From contig SGZJ01000004.1 of assembly GCA_004213995.1 (NCBI GenBank), forward strand, positions 725-64,724: DNA of 64,000 nt, in the 5' to 3' direction. This DNA is from Flavobacteriales bacterium. GTDB lineage: Bacteria > Bacteroidota > Bacteroidia > Flavobacteriales > Flavobacteriaceae. Positions 1 to 8,384 of the stretch are shown here, piece by piece. The translations under genes were made by a program, and so were the position numbers. The notes under the pieces were generated by a model. The model did no database searches. It had not been told where the DNA came from and saw nothing but the letters and a program-made list of their open reading frames with translations. Each line of letters starts with the position of its first letter. Within the stretch, counting starts at the first letter, position 1.

Positions 1-380
1 TTTTAATTAAGAATGGTTTTTTAGAATTCAAAAGAATTTTACACCCTAATGCAATTGTCCCTGTTAGGTATAATAACAAATCAGTTCCAAGTGAAATTGT
101 ATATAATATTTTAGGTTTCTTTATTATCTACATGCTAACTTTTATGATTGGTGCGCTTGGATTTTCTATGTTCGGTCTGGACTTTCAATCCGCCTTAGGT
201 GTTTCAGCATCAAGTTTGGGTAATGTTGGTCCTTCAATCGGAGATTTTGGACCAATGGGTACATTTAGTCAAATGTCAACATTAGCTAAGTGGTGGTCTT
301 CTTTTTTAATGATAGTTGGCAGATTAGAACTTTTCACAGTATTGATTATTTTTACTGCATACTTTTGGAAGAAAAGATAA
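1..380 (+). CDS. trkH: TrkH/KtrB-family K+ uptake permease, C-terminal fragment (5' end lies outside the window)
   Basis: The frame starting at nt 3 has no stop before the listed 132..380 ORF. The tail (..HPNAIVPVRYN..GNVGPSIGDFGPMGTF..GRLELFTVLIIF) looks like the last pore-loop and TM repeat of TrkH-family transporters. Confidence 0.8.
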   Translation, partial: LIKNGFLEFKRILHPNAIVPVRYNNKSVPSEIVYNILGFFIIYMLTFMIGALGFSMFGLDFQSALGVSASSLGNVGPSIGDFGPMGTFSQMSTLAKWWSSFLMIVGRLELFTVLIIFTAYFWKKR

Positions 381-382
381 AT

Positions 383-499
383 TTAATTATCTCTTTTATC
401 AAAATCCTCTTTTTTTTCAGCTCCAATTTTTTTGATCAATAAATAAACAATTACTATCGAAGTAATACTCCAGAAAATAATATTAAATGATAAATTCAT
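383..499 (-). CDS. Possible 38-aa single-pass membrane peptide (not in the ORF track)
   Basis: The ATG at 499..497 directly abuts the upstream stop (TAAATG). Translation is MNLSFNIIFWSITSIVIVYLLIKKIGAEKKEDFDKRDN: one hydrophobic helix plus a charged tail. The stop is at 385..383. Confidence 0.25.
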   Translation of the reverse strand: MNLSFNIIFWSITSIVIVYLLIKKIGAEKKEDFDKRDN

Positions 500-814
500 T
501 TATTTTAATTTTACTGCAGTTCCATATGCTAAAAGCTCTGAAGCCCCTTGCATTACCATCGAAGTTGTCATTCTAACATTTATAACTGCATCAGCACCCA
601 TTTTTTCGGCATCTTTATACATTCTTTGAAGAGCTTGTTCTCTTGAGTCAGCTTGAAGTTTTGTGTACTCACTAATTTCCCCACCAACTACACCTTTAAG
701 TGCAGCAAATATATCTTTTGCAACATTCCTAGCTCTAACAGTACTGCCTCTTGCAATACCTAAAATTTCAGTTACCTCTTTGTTTGGGATATTTTCTGTT
801 GTAGTTATTATCAT
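500..814 (-). CDS. ybjQ: YbjQ/UPF0145 family protein (putative heavy-metal-binding domain)
   Basis: A 104-aa protein with the typical YbjQ layout (MIITTTENIP..ILGIARGS..GADAVINVR..AYGTAVKL). Confidence 0.85.
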   Translation of the reverse strand: MIITTTENIPNKEVTEILGIARGSTVRARNVAKDIFAALKGVVGGEISEYTKLQADSREQALQRMYKDAEKMGADAVINVRMTTSMVMQGASELLAYGTAVKLK

Positions 815-819
815 AATTT

Positions 820-2007
820 TTAAGTTAAGACTTTTTTTATTCTTTTGATTGCTTCAATTAATTGATCTTGTGACGCAGCGTAAGAAATTCTTATGCAGTT
901 AGGGTCTCCAAAAGCATCACCAGTAACAGTAGCAACTAATGCTTTGTCTAACAAAAAGAGCGACATGTCTGAAGCATTATTAATTTTATATCCGTCTATT
1001 GTTTTACCAAAAAAGTATGAAATATCTGGAAATACGTAAAAAGCTCCATCAGGAGTATTACATTTAAAACCATCAATATCATTTAATAAACTTAAAATTA
1101 AGTCTCTTCTTAATTTAAATTCATCAACCATGTAGGTTATTTTAGATGGTGATTCTAATAATGCTGTAATCACAGCTCTTTGTGCAATACAATTTGCCCC
1201 AGATGTCACTTGGCCTTGCATTTTATTACATGCTCTGGCTATCCATGACGGGCCACCAATATAACCAATTCTCCAACCGGTCATTGCAAATGCTTTTGAT
1301 ACACCATTTACAGTGATTGTCCTATCATACATATCTTCAAACTCAGCTATGCTAAAATGTCCCCCACAAAAATTAATATGTTCATATATTTCATCAGATA
1401 AAACATAAATATTTGGATATTTAACAAGAACATCTGCTAACTCTCTTAATTCTTTCTTGCTGTAAACAGATCCACTTGGATTACATGGAGAACTAAACCA
1501 AAGCATTTTAGTTTTGGGAGTAATAGCATTTTCTAAATCTTTTGCAGTCATTTTAAAATCATTAGAAATATCAGTTTTAACCTCTACAGGTACTCCTTCA
1601 TTTAATCCAACAATATCGCTATAACTGACCCAGTATGGACAAGGAAGTATAACTTCGTCATTTGGATTGATTAGTGCAGCTGCTACATTAGATAGAGATT
1701 GTTTAGCTCCAGTTGAAACGACTATTTGAGATAAATCATAGTTTAATTTATTGTCTCTTTTAAATTTTGTAATAATTGCATTTTTAAGATCAACATATCC
1801 ATCCACTGGAGTGTAAGAATTATAATCTTCATTTATTGCATTAACAGCAGCTTGTTTAATATAATTTGGGGTGTTAAAGTCAGGTTCTCCAAGGCTAAGA
1901 CCAATAACGTCTTTCCCATCATTTTTTAACTCTCTTGCTTTTGCTGCCATTGCAAGAGTTTGAGACACAGCGAGATTGTTAATTCTATCTGATAGATACT
2001 CTTTCAT
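820..2007 (-). CDS. PLP-dependent class I aminotransferase (aspartate aminotransferase-like)
   Basis: 395 aa with GEPDFNTP near the N-terminus and a PLP-lysine motif SKAFAMTGWRIGY. Confidence 0.9.
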   Translation of the reverse strand: MKEYLSDRINNLAVSQTLAMAAKARELKNDGKDVIGLSLGEPDFNTPNYIKQAAVNAINEDYNSYTPVDGYVDLKNAIITKFKRDNKLNYDLSQIVVSTGAKQSLSNVAAALINPNDEVILPCPYWVSYSDIVGLNEGVPVEVKTDISNDFKMTAKDLENAITPKTKMLWFSSPCNPSGSVYSKKELRELADVLVKYPNIYVLSDEIYEHINFCGGHFSIAEFEDMYDRTITVNGVSKAFAMTGWRIGYIGGPSWIARACNKMQGQVTSGANCIAQRAVITALLESPSKITYMVDEFKLRRDLILSLLNDIDGFKCNTPDGAFYVFPDISYFFGKTIDGYKINNASDMSLFLLDKALVATVTGDAFGDPNCIRISYAASQDQLIEAIKRIKKVLT

Positions 2008-2011
2008 TCTT

Positions 2012-3106
2012 TTATGTTGTTGGTTTTAGACCCATATAACGCAGATATTTAAAGTGAGCGACAAGGGCATCTTTAGTTGTTTTAAATTCGTTGTATGGAA
2101 GGTTAAACTCATTAGCTGTTTTTTTAACAATTTCAGATATTTTATCGTAGTGAATATGTGAAATATTTGGAAATATGTGGTGTTCAACTTGATGATTTAA
2201 ACCACCAGTAAACCAATTTACTACCTTGTTGTTCGCAGCAAAATTCACTGTCGTTTTTAATTGATGAATAGCCCAGCTATTTTTCATATTTCCTAGTTTG
2301 TCAGGAAGTGGCATATCTGCTTCATCCATTATATGAGCAAGTTGAAATACTAAACTTAATATTAATCCAGCAGTATAGTGCATTACTAAAAACGATAACA
2401 CTACTTTCCACCAAACAATATTAAAAACTAAAATTGGAATAAAAATCCAAAATAAAAAGTATAAAATTTTTGAGACAAATAGTTTTGTCCAATTTACAAA
2501 CGGATTTGGAAATTTACCATGTGATAATTTTCTTTTCATAAATCTTTTCATTTGAAAAAAATCTGTAGTTATTGACCAATTAATGGTTAAAAGTCCGTAG
2601 AAAAAAACAGAGTAATAGTGTTGAAATTTATGAAACCATCTCCATTTTGAATGTTTCGAAAATCTAATTACTCTACCGGCTTCTAAATCCTCATCATGAC
2701 CATGAATATTAGTGTATGTGTGATGAAGGACGTTGTGTTGTACTTGCCAATTGTATCGATTACCTGCTAAAATATATATGCTTCCGCCCATTAGTCTATT
2801 GACCCATTTTTTATTTGAAAACGAACCGTGATTTCCATCATGCATAACATTCATTCCAACTCCTGCTAATCCTATACCCATGATGATTGAAAGACAAATT
2901 TGTAACCAACTTGGAATAGTTAAAATTGAAATCAAGATATAGGGAGTTAAAAGAAGAGAAAACATTACAAATGTTTTTATCCAAAGTTTCCAATTTCCTG
3001 ATTTTGAAATATTTCTTTCATTAAAATATTTATTAACCCTTTTATTTAAAGTTTTAAAAAAAAGTTTAGAATCTTTTCGATTGAATAATATAGTTTTTTG
3101 GGTCAT
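2012..3106 (-). CDS. Membrane fatty-acid desaturase, front-end type (no cytochrome b5 domain)
   Basis: Three histidine boxes are present: HDGNH, HNVLHH and QVEHH (Gln in box 3). N-terminal TM helices are visible. Confidence 0.85.
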   Translation of the reverse strand: MTQKTILFNRKDSKLFFKTLNKRVNKYFNERNISKSGNWKLWIKTFVMFSLLLTPYILISILTIPSWLQICLSIIMGIGLAGVGMNVMHDGNHGSFSNKKWVNRLMGGSIYILAGNRYNWQVQHNVLHHTYTNIHGHDEDLEAGRVIRFSKHSKWRWFHKFQHYYSVFFYGLLTINWSITTDFFQMKRFMKRKLSHGKFPNPFVNWTKLFVSKILYFLFWIFIPILVFNIVWWKVVLSFLVMHYTAGLILSLVFQLAHIMDEADMPLPDKLGNMKNSWAIHQLKTTVNFAANNKVVNWFTGGLNHQVEHHIFPNISHIHYDKISEIVKKTANEFNLPYNEFKTTKDALVAHFKYLRYMGLKPTT

Positions 3107-3193
3107 TTAAAATCGTTATAATTTATAAAAAAGTAAATATATTATAAATGTAATTTCTTTATCTCTTATTTAGAAATAATTGTGCACAAAAAC

Positions 3194-3201
3194 TTATTTT
3201 T
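3194..3201 (+). promoter_or_regulatory. Bacteroidota-type -7 promoter box (TATTTTTG) upstream of rsmG
   Basis: An exact TAnnTTTG match 18 nt upstream of the ATG at 3220. Confidence 0.4.
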
Positions 3202-3219
3202 GTTGAAATAATATTATTA

Positions 3220-3855
3220 ATGACAATAATTCAGAAATATTTTAATGATTTGACAAATGAGCAATTAACACAATTTGCCAAATTAGAACTTCTTTACAAA
3301 GATTGGAATTCTAAAATAAATGTTATTTCTAGAAAAGATATAGATGAATTATATTTAAGACATGTGTTACATTCACTATCTATTGCTAAATTAATTTCTT
3401 TTAAAGATGGCACGAGTATTTTGGATGTTGGTACTGGTGGTGGTTTTCCAGGCATTCCTCTTGCTATATTATTTCCAAATTGCAGATTTCATTTGGTAGA
3501 CAGTATCCAAAAAAAAATTACTGTAGTAAATAATGTGGTTAAAGAATTAGATTTAAAAAATGTTAAAACTTCTTGCAGTAGAGTAGAGGCTATTTCTGAA
3601 AAATATGATTTTGTTGTTAGTAGAGCTGTTACTAATATGAAGGATTTCGTTTCTTGGATTAAATTTAAAATAAATAAAAAGTCATTTAACGATTTTAAAA
3701 ATGGTGTCCTTTATCTAAAGGGAGGAGATTTAGAAGATGAGCTCAAAAGTTTTAAAAATGTTAAAACTTTTGAGCTATCAGAAATTTTTAATGAAGATTT
3801 TTTTATCCAAAAAAAGGTTGTTTACCTGCCAATTAAATATAAAATTAAGAACTAA
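3220..3855 (+). CDS. rsmG: 16S rRNA (guanine527-N7)-methyltransferase RsmG
   Basis: 211 aa with SAM motif DVGTGGGFPGIPLAI and a GidB-like N-terminus. Confidence 0.92.
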   Translation: MTIIQKYFNDLTNEQLTQFAKLELLYKDWNSKINVISRKDIDELYLRHVLHSLSIAKLISFKDGTSILDVGTGGGFPGIPLAILFPNCRFHLVDSIQKKITVVNNVVKELDLKNVKTSCSRVEAISEKYDFVVSRAVTNMKDFVSWIKFKINKKSFNDFKNGVLYLKGGDLEDELKSFKNVKTFELSEIFNEDFFIQKKVVYLPIKYKIKN

Positions 3856-5564
3856 TTTTTTATTAATTTATAACCAATTTTTTCTCCATTTTCTGTTTGA
3901 ATAGTCATGAAATATACTCCATCAATTGAGTTTCTTAAATCGATTAGGTTAGCCCCGTTTTTGATTAAACCTGACTTTACATGTTGACCAATCAAATTAT
4001 AAATTTTATATGTTGAATTGTTTAGAGATGTTTTAATATTAAATACTCCATTTGACGGATTAGGAAATATGTTTAAATCATTTTCGTAAATAGAATTAAT
4101 CCCTAATGTTTCACCTACCCTAAAAGTTGAAGTATCAACACTACTAAATTCACCTCCAGAAATAATTGTATTACCTGAGTCATCTGTTATTGAGTAAGAT
4201 CCAAGACCATATCCACAGCATATTCCATCACCATATGTATCATTAATAGTAAACGTATAACACTCATCTGATGTAGGAATTTCAATTTCTGTACTATATG
4301 TACTTGCATTACTTAAAGATCCATTTTGAGCTATGATATAGCCAGATGAGTCTGTTAATTGCCATGAAGTTTCGGATGCATAATTGTCAGTAACTAAGTT
4401 TAGTGTTACAATAGCGGTATCATAACTACTAGATTGATTAAAATAAAAGTCGTTTGAATTATTTTGGTTGTTATCATCATCAGAAATAGTAATATTTATA
4501 CTGTTAGTATCAGATGGACTATAATTGATTGCAGGAAGTTCTATAGATGTTGAGGCTAAAGAACCTAAAGATCCTGACCAATTATGAGATTGAGTATTTC
4601 CGTTATTAATTGAATACTCAATTGAAAAATTAGTAAGATTATCGTAACCACTATTTTGAATTACTACTACAGGAGAGGCACTATCTCCACAATTACCATT
4701 TAGGTTTTCTTCAATTCCTAAAATAGCTGCATCGTTTGAATATTCTAAGCCATCAAAAGTTGGTGTGTATTCTGCTCCACTAATAATGTTTTGCTGTGTT
4801 TCTGAAATGAATGCGATTACATTAAGTTCAGATAAATTTACATCAACCCCGTTGTAGTCTGAAGGAATTGTGTAGGTAAAAGTTTCATTAACAAAACTCC
4901 CTGAACTTGTAGTTGATATTTCAAACCCCCACTGTCCAGTTATCATATGTACTAACCTATGCATATGGTTGTAATTACTGCCCATTCCACCACCTGTTTG
5001 AGGGCCAAGTGTATTATTTTGGGTAAGAACTACATTTAATAAATTAGTGCTTTGAGGGCTATCTCCAGTGTAATAACCTTCAACGTGAACAGTTAGTTCA
5101 TTGTTTTGTACATTAATAGATGCTTCAACTCCTAAATTTACGTAAGCACTTTGATTTAGAACTTGTGACGTAGCTGAACTCCAACCACCTCTTCCCATTG
5201 CAGTTCCACCATTCATAGTAAGGTTGGAAAAATACTGTCTATTTACTGAACCCGATGGGTATCCAGTTAAGTTTGATTGAGCTGCGATAGCATCTCCAAA
5301 ACTAGTTCTGAAATCAGGCTCTCCAGAGCTTGGGGTTGCATACCCACCTGTATGAATATTAATTATAAATACATTGTCAGGGTTAGCATCTTTTAGAGAC
5401 TGTGCAATCTCGTGGCCATCAGGACAATATGTACAATGAATACCAGTGTATTCTTCTAAAATAATTTTTTTATTTTCTGGACTTGTAGATACAATTGTTT
5501 GCGCATCAACAAAGCTTGATAAAAATAAAAAAATGACTAAAATAATTGGGGGCTTATTTGACAT
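3852..5564 (-). CDS. Omp28-related thioredoxin-like exported protein with a GDGICC module and a T9SS C-terminal sorting domain
   Basis: Signal peptide (..SSFVDAQ), then EEYTGIHCTYCPDG (CxxC). A middle module reads DECYTFTINDTYGDGICCGYG. The C-terminus (NIFPNPSNGVFNI..GVYFMTIQTENG..KLIKN) is a type-A T9SS CTD. Confidence 0.8.
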   Translation of the reverse strand: MSNKPPIILVIFLFLSSFVDAQTIVSTSPENKKIILEEYTGIHCTYCPDGHEIAQSLKDANPDNVFIINIHTGGYATPSSGEPDFRTSFGDAIAAQSNLTGYPSGSVNRQYFSNLTMNGGTAMGRGGWSSATSQVLNQSAYVNLGVEASINVQNNELTVHVEGYYTGDSPQSTNLLNVVLTQNNTLGPQTGGGMGSNYNHMHRLVHMITGQWGFEISTTSSGSFVNETFTYTIPSDYNGVDVNLSELNVIAFISETQQNIISGAEYTPTFDGLEYSNDAAILGIEENLNGNCGDSASPVVVIQNSGYDNLTNFSIEYSINNGNTQSHNWSGSLGSLASTSIELPAINYSPSDTNSINITISDDDNNQNNSNDFYFNQSSSYDTAIVTLNLVTDNYASETSWQLTDSSGYIIAQNGSLSNASTYSTEIEIPTSDECYTFTINDTYGDGICCGYGLGSYSITDDSGNTIISGGEFSSVDTSTFRVGETLGINSIYENDLNIFPNPSNGVFNIKTSLNNSTYKIYNLIGQHVKSGLIKNGANLIDLRNSIDGVYFMTIQTENGEKIGYKLIKN

Positions 5565-5659
5565 TTTTTTTAAAATTATAGTTATTTGAAAAATTTCAAG
5601 CTCTAAAGTAAATAAAAATTAATTAACTTCGGGTTTTTTAAACCCCAAAAAAAATATAT

Positions 5660-6193
5660 ATGAAAACCACTTTTAAATTAATTTTATCTCTAATAATCTT
5701 ATTTTTATTTGTTTATTCTTGCTCAAAAGATGAATCTGGTCCTGAAGATCCAATTTCTCCAGAATTAACATTTAGTGTTGAAGATTTAGATGGTAATACT
5801 TTTGTTGATAATCAACTTTTAGAATTTTCTACCTTAGAATATCCTGATGCATCTCTTGGTTTTAATGTCAGAAATACTTCATCTGAAACAATTGGGATGA
5901 GAATTGAAGTTGAAAACATTAGTGGTACTGACGGTTCTATGATGGAACTTTGTTTTGGAGAATGTTATTTTGGTGTTTCTACAGGAACATCTTATCCAAC
6001 TAGTCCTTCTATGCCTAACGTTAATATAGAGCCTGGACAAACCCAACCATCCTCAGGAGATCATTTTTTCAACATGGACGCTGGGGACGGAAATACAGCA
6101 GTTGAATATGCTTTTAAATTTTATTTAGCTGATGAAAATGGAATTCAAGACGGAAATTCATTTAGGTTAAGATACAGATATTCTCAAAATTAA
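5660..6193 (+). CDS. Orphan lipoprotein, unknown function
   Basis: Lipobox (LFVYSC) followed by a Ser/Thr/Gly-rich, probably beta-rich body. After the lipobox Cys, the only cysteines form one pair, CFGEC. Confidence 0.7.
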   Translation: MKTTFKLILSLIILFLFVYSCSKDESGPEDPISPELTFSVEDLDGNTFVDNQLLEFSTLEYPDASLGFNVRNTSSETIGMRIEVENISGTDGSMMELCFGECYFGVSTGTSYPTSPSMPNVNIEPGQTQPSSGDHFFNMDAGDGNTAVEYAFKFYLADENGIQDGNSFRLRYRYSQN

Positions 6194-6196
6194 AAT

Positions 6197-7840
6197 TTAA
6201 AAAACCAGGTTTAAATTTAGGTTTAAGCCTGTGTTTTCAGGAACATATCGGCAAACTCCTCCTACACATATTAACCCTCCTCTTTGTCTGCCATAATTTA
6301 AGCTAAGTCTTATGTTGTCTTTCGAATAACTTCCTCCAAAGTTGTAATAATGAATTTTATCAGTTCCTCCGTAGTTCCATCCATCTGCAACAAAAACATT
6401 TAGACTTGTAGAAAAGTTGTATTCATAAACTAATCCAGCCCAATTTTTTTTATCATCTTTTGTCCATAAATGTTGTATAACAGCCCTGGATGATTTTCCA
6501 TTTTCATATCTATAGGTTCCTTCAAAAACTCCAACTTTTGCCTTTATATCTCCTTGAACACCTAAAGGACCTCCAAGTGCTACACCTTTATCTATTATAA
6601 CATCCAACATTGTTATAGTAGTATTAAATTTATTATTCCATCTATTTTTTAATTCGAAATTAAAATCTCTGTAATATCTGTTGCCATCTCCAATAAATTC
6701 TACATCATAAGATTGATCTTGATTGAAATTTGATTCTATTGCAGCCCAGTATGAAAAGTTTACTGCAATTTTAGATTTGTATTTTCCAAGAAAACTGTCT
6801 TTTTTAAATGTGTAGTAAAAATCTGTTTGTGAACCAACTTCACCAGATCTATTTTCTAATGCATTAATCACTAGCCTAGGTTGAGCACTATAAACGTAAA
6901 TATTTGTAAGTAAATAGTCTTGTTGTTTTGTCAAAGCAGGAGTGTAGCTAATAGTTTGTTGATTATAGATATTTCCCTCTGCCAATCTATCGCTATAAAA
7001 ATTAAAATTTTCTAATCTTCTAAATGTAGTATTTAGTCCTAAACCTTTTTTTGAGTATCCCAAATCAAGTTGTAAAGCAGTTCCATCATATAATTTATCC
7101 GATAAAATTACACCCTCATTAGCTATTACATCAGAGTCCTTAATGATTCCTTCAAGGTTTAAGCTAAACCTACCAGAGTATAGATCAACTCTTGCACCTA
7201 GAGATTTTACATTAGCAGGAATTAAGTCGTTAGTAGAATTATTTTGATATCTACCTACATAACTTGCGCTGATTGTTAAATCTGTTTTTTCAAAATTTAA
7301 AAACTTGTTTAAACTTAGGTTTGAGTCGATCCCTTGTATAGTAGACTCATTTAACTCAAAGCCATTTCTTTGTTGTCCATAAATGGTAGTTAGATTAAAG
7401 CTTTCAGAAAACTTATATTTAAATTTTATTCCTTTGATAGCATTATTTATTCCTAGCTGTCTATTTTCCCATGATCTATAAATTAATCCGTTACCAAACT
7501 GCCCATAAAAATAGCCCAAAGTAATATCGATTTTATTTCTTTTAATGTTCATGAAATAAGATGCAATTCCATTTTCACCGTTATACTGTGGATAATAGCC
7601 AAGCATTGCACTTGGTAGATAACTTTCATATTGAATTCCGGTAGAGATATTGCCTATATTATAATTTAATTGGAAATAATTGTTTGCTCTAAAATTATCA
7701 TCTGGAGAAGTGAAATTTAAAGTGTTATCATCCTGCAATAGTTGAGAATTACTCTCGAAACTACCAAAAATGTTTTCATTATTTTGTGAAACTGTTGTTA
7801 GCGAAAATATTAGGATAATAAAGAATAATATTTTGTTCAT
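6197..7840 (-). CDS. Predicted outer-membrane beta-barrel protein (DUF6029-like)
   Basis: Signal peptide, alternating aromatic/Gly-rich beta-strand pattern and a C-terminal ..LNLNLVF (terminal Phe). It sits immediately downstream of a TlpA-like gene, as I recall for DUF6029 genes. Confidence 0.7.
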   Translation of the reverse strand: MNKILFFIILIFSLTTVSQNNENIFGSFESNSQLLQDDNTLNFTSPDDNFRANNYFQLNYNIGNISTGIQYESYLPSAMLGYYPQYNGENGIASYFMNIKRNKIDITLGYFYGQFGNGLIYRSWENRQLGINNAIKGIKFKYKFSESFNLTTIYGQQRNGFELNESTIQGIDSNLSLNKFLNFEKTDLTISASYVGRYQNNSTNDLIPANVKSLGARVDLYSGRFSLNLEGIIKDSDVIANEGVILSDKLYDGTALQLDLGYSKKGLGLNTTFRRLENFNFYSDRLAEGNIYNQQTISYTPALTKQQDYLLTNIYVYSAQPRLVINALENRSGEVGSQTDFYYTFKKDSFLGKYKSKIAVNFSYWAAIESNFNQDQSYDVEFIGDGNRYYRDFNFELKNRWNNKFNTTITMLDVIIDKGVALGGPLGVQGDIKAKVGVFEGTYRYENGKSSRAVIQHLWTKDDKKNWAGLVYEYNFSTSLNVFVADGWNYGGTDKIHYYNFGGSYSKDNIRLSLNYGRQRGGLICVGGVCRYVPENTGLNLNLNLVF

Positions 7841-7844
7841 ATAA

Positions 7845-8324
7845 TTATTTTAATTCTTTTATTTTGTCAAATAACTCAAATTCAACTCCTGCACTATAGC
7901 CAGAGTGTCTATACACGATTTTATTATTTTTAACTATTAAAGTTAATGGAATAGTTGAAGCTCCTAAAGCTCTTTGTAGTTCATTATTAGAATCTAAAAG
8001 AATAGTGTATTCCCAACCTTTTCCGTTGACCATTGCATTAACTCGTTTAATTGTTCTACTATCGTCTGTAGAAATAGCATATAAATCAAAATTCACTTCT
8101 TCTTTCCATTCTTCATAGTATTCACTAATTGCATCTAATTCTTTTATACAGGGTACACACCAAGTTGCCCACAGAGATACTACAGCAATTTTATCATTAT
8201 CAGAAATTGCTTGTATATTTATCTCATTTCCATCTAAAGAATTTAAAGAAATATTGGGTAAAGTCGATTGAGAATTTACAGAAATTGAAAAAATAAAAGC
8301 TATTGAAGTAAATAATTTTTTCAT
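7845..8324 (-). CDS. TlpA/ResA-family exported thiol-disulfide oxidoreductase
   Basis: Signal peptide, then the thioredoxin motif SLWATWCVPCIKELD. 159 aa. Confidence 0.9.
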   Translation of the reverse strand: MKKLFTSIAFIFSISVNSQSTLPNISLNSLDGNEINIQAISDNDKIAVVSLWATWCVPCIKELDAISEYYEEWKEEVNFDLYAISTDDSRTIKRVNAMVNGKGWEYTILLDSNNELQRALGASTIPLTLIVKNNKIVYRHSGYSAGVEFELFDKIKELK

Positions 8325-8384
8325 TGTTTTGGGTTTTTGTAAATATACTCTGTTTTTTTAATAAAGAAAGAAAATTGAAAATAT

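Noticed and set aside
5631-5645. A GGGTTT-TTT-AAACCC hairpin in the 3852..5564 / 5660..6193 intergenic region, considered as a terminator.
   Set aside because: The region lies between two divergent gene starts, so no terminator is expected. On the plus strand the stem is followed by an A-run. On the minus strand the T-run precedes the stem. Neither orientation is terminator-like.
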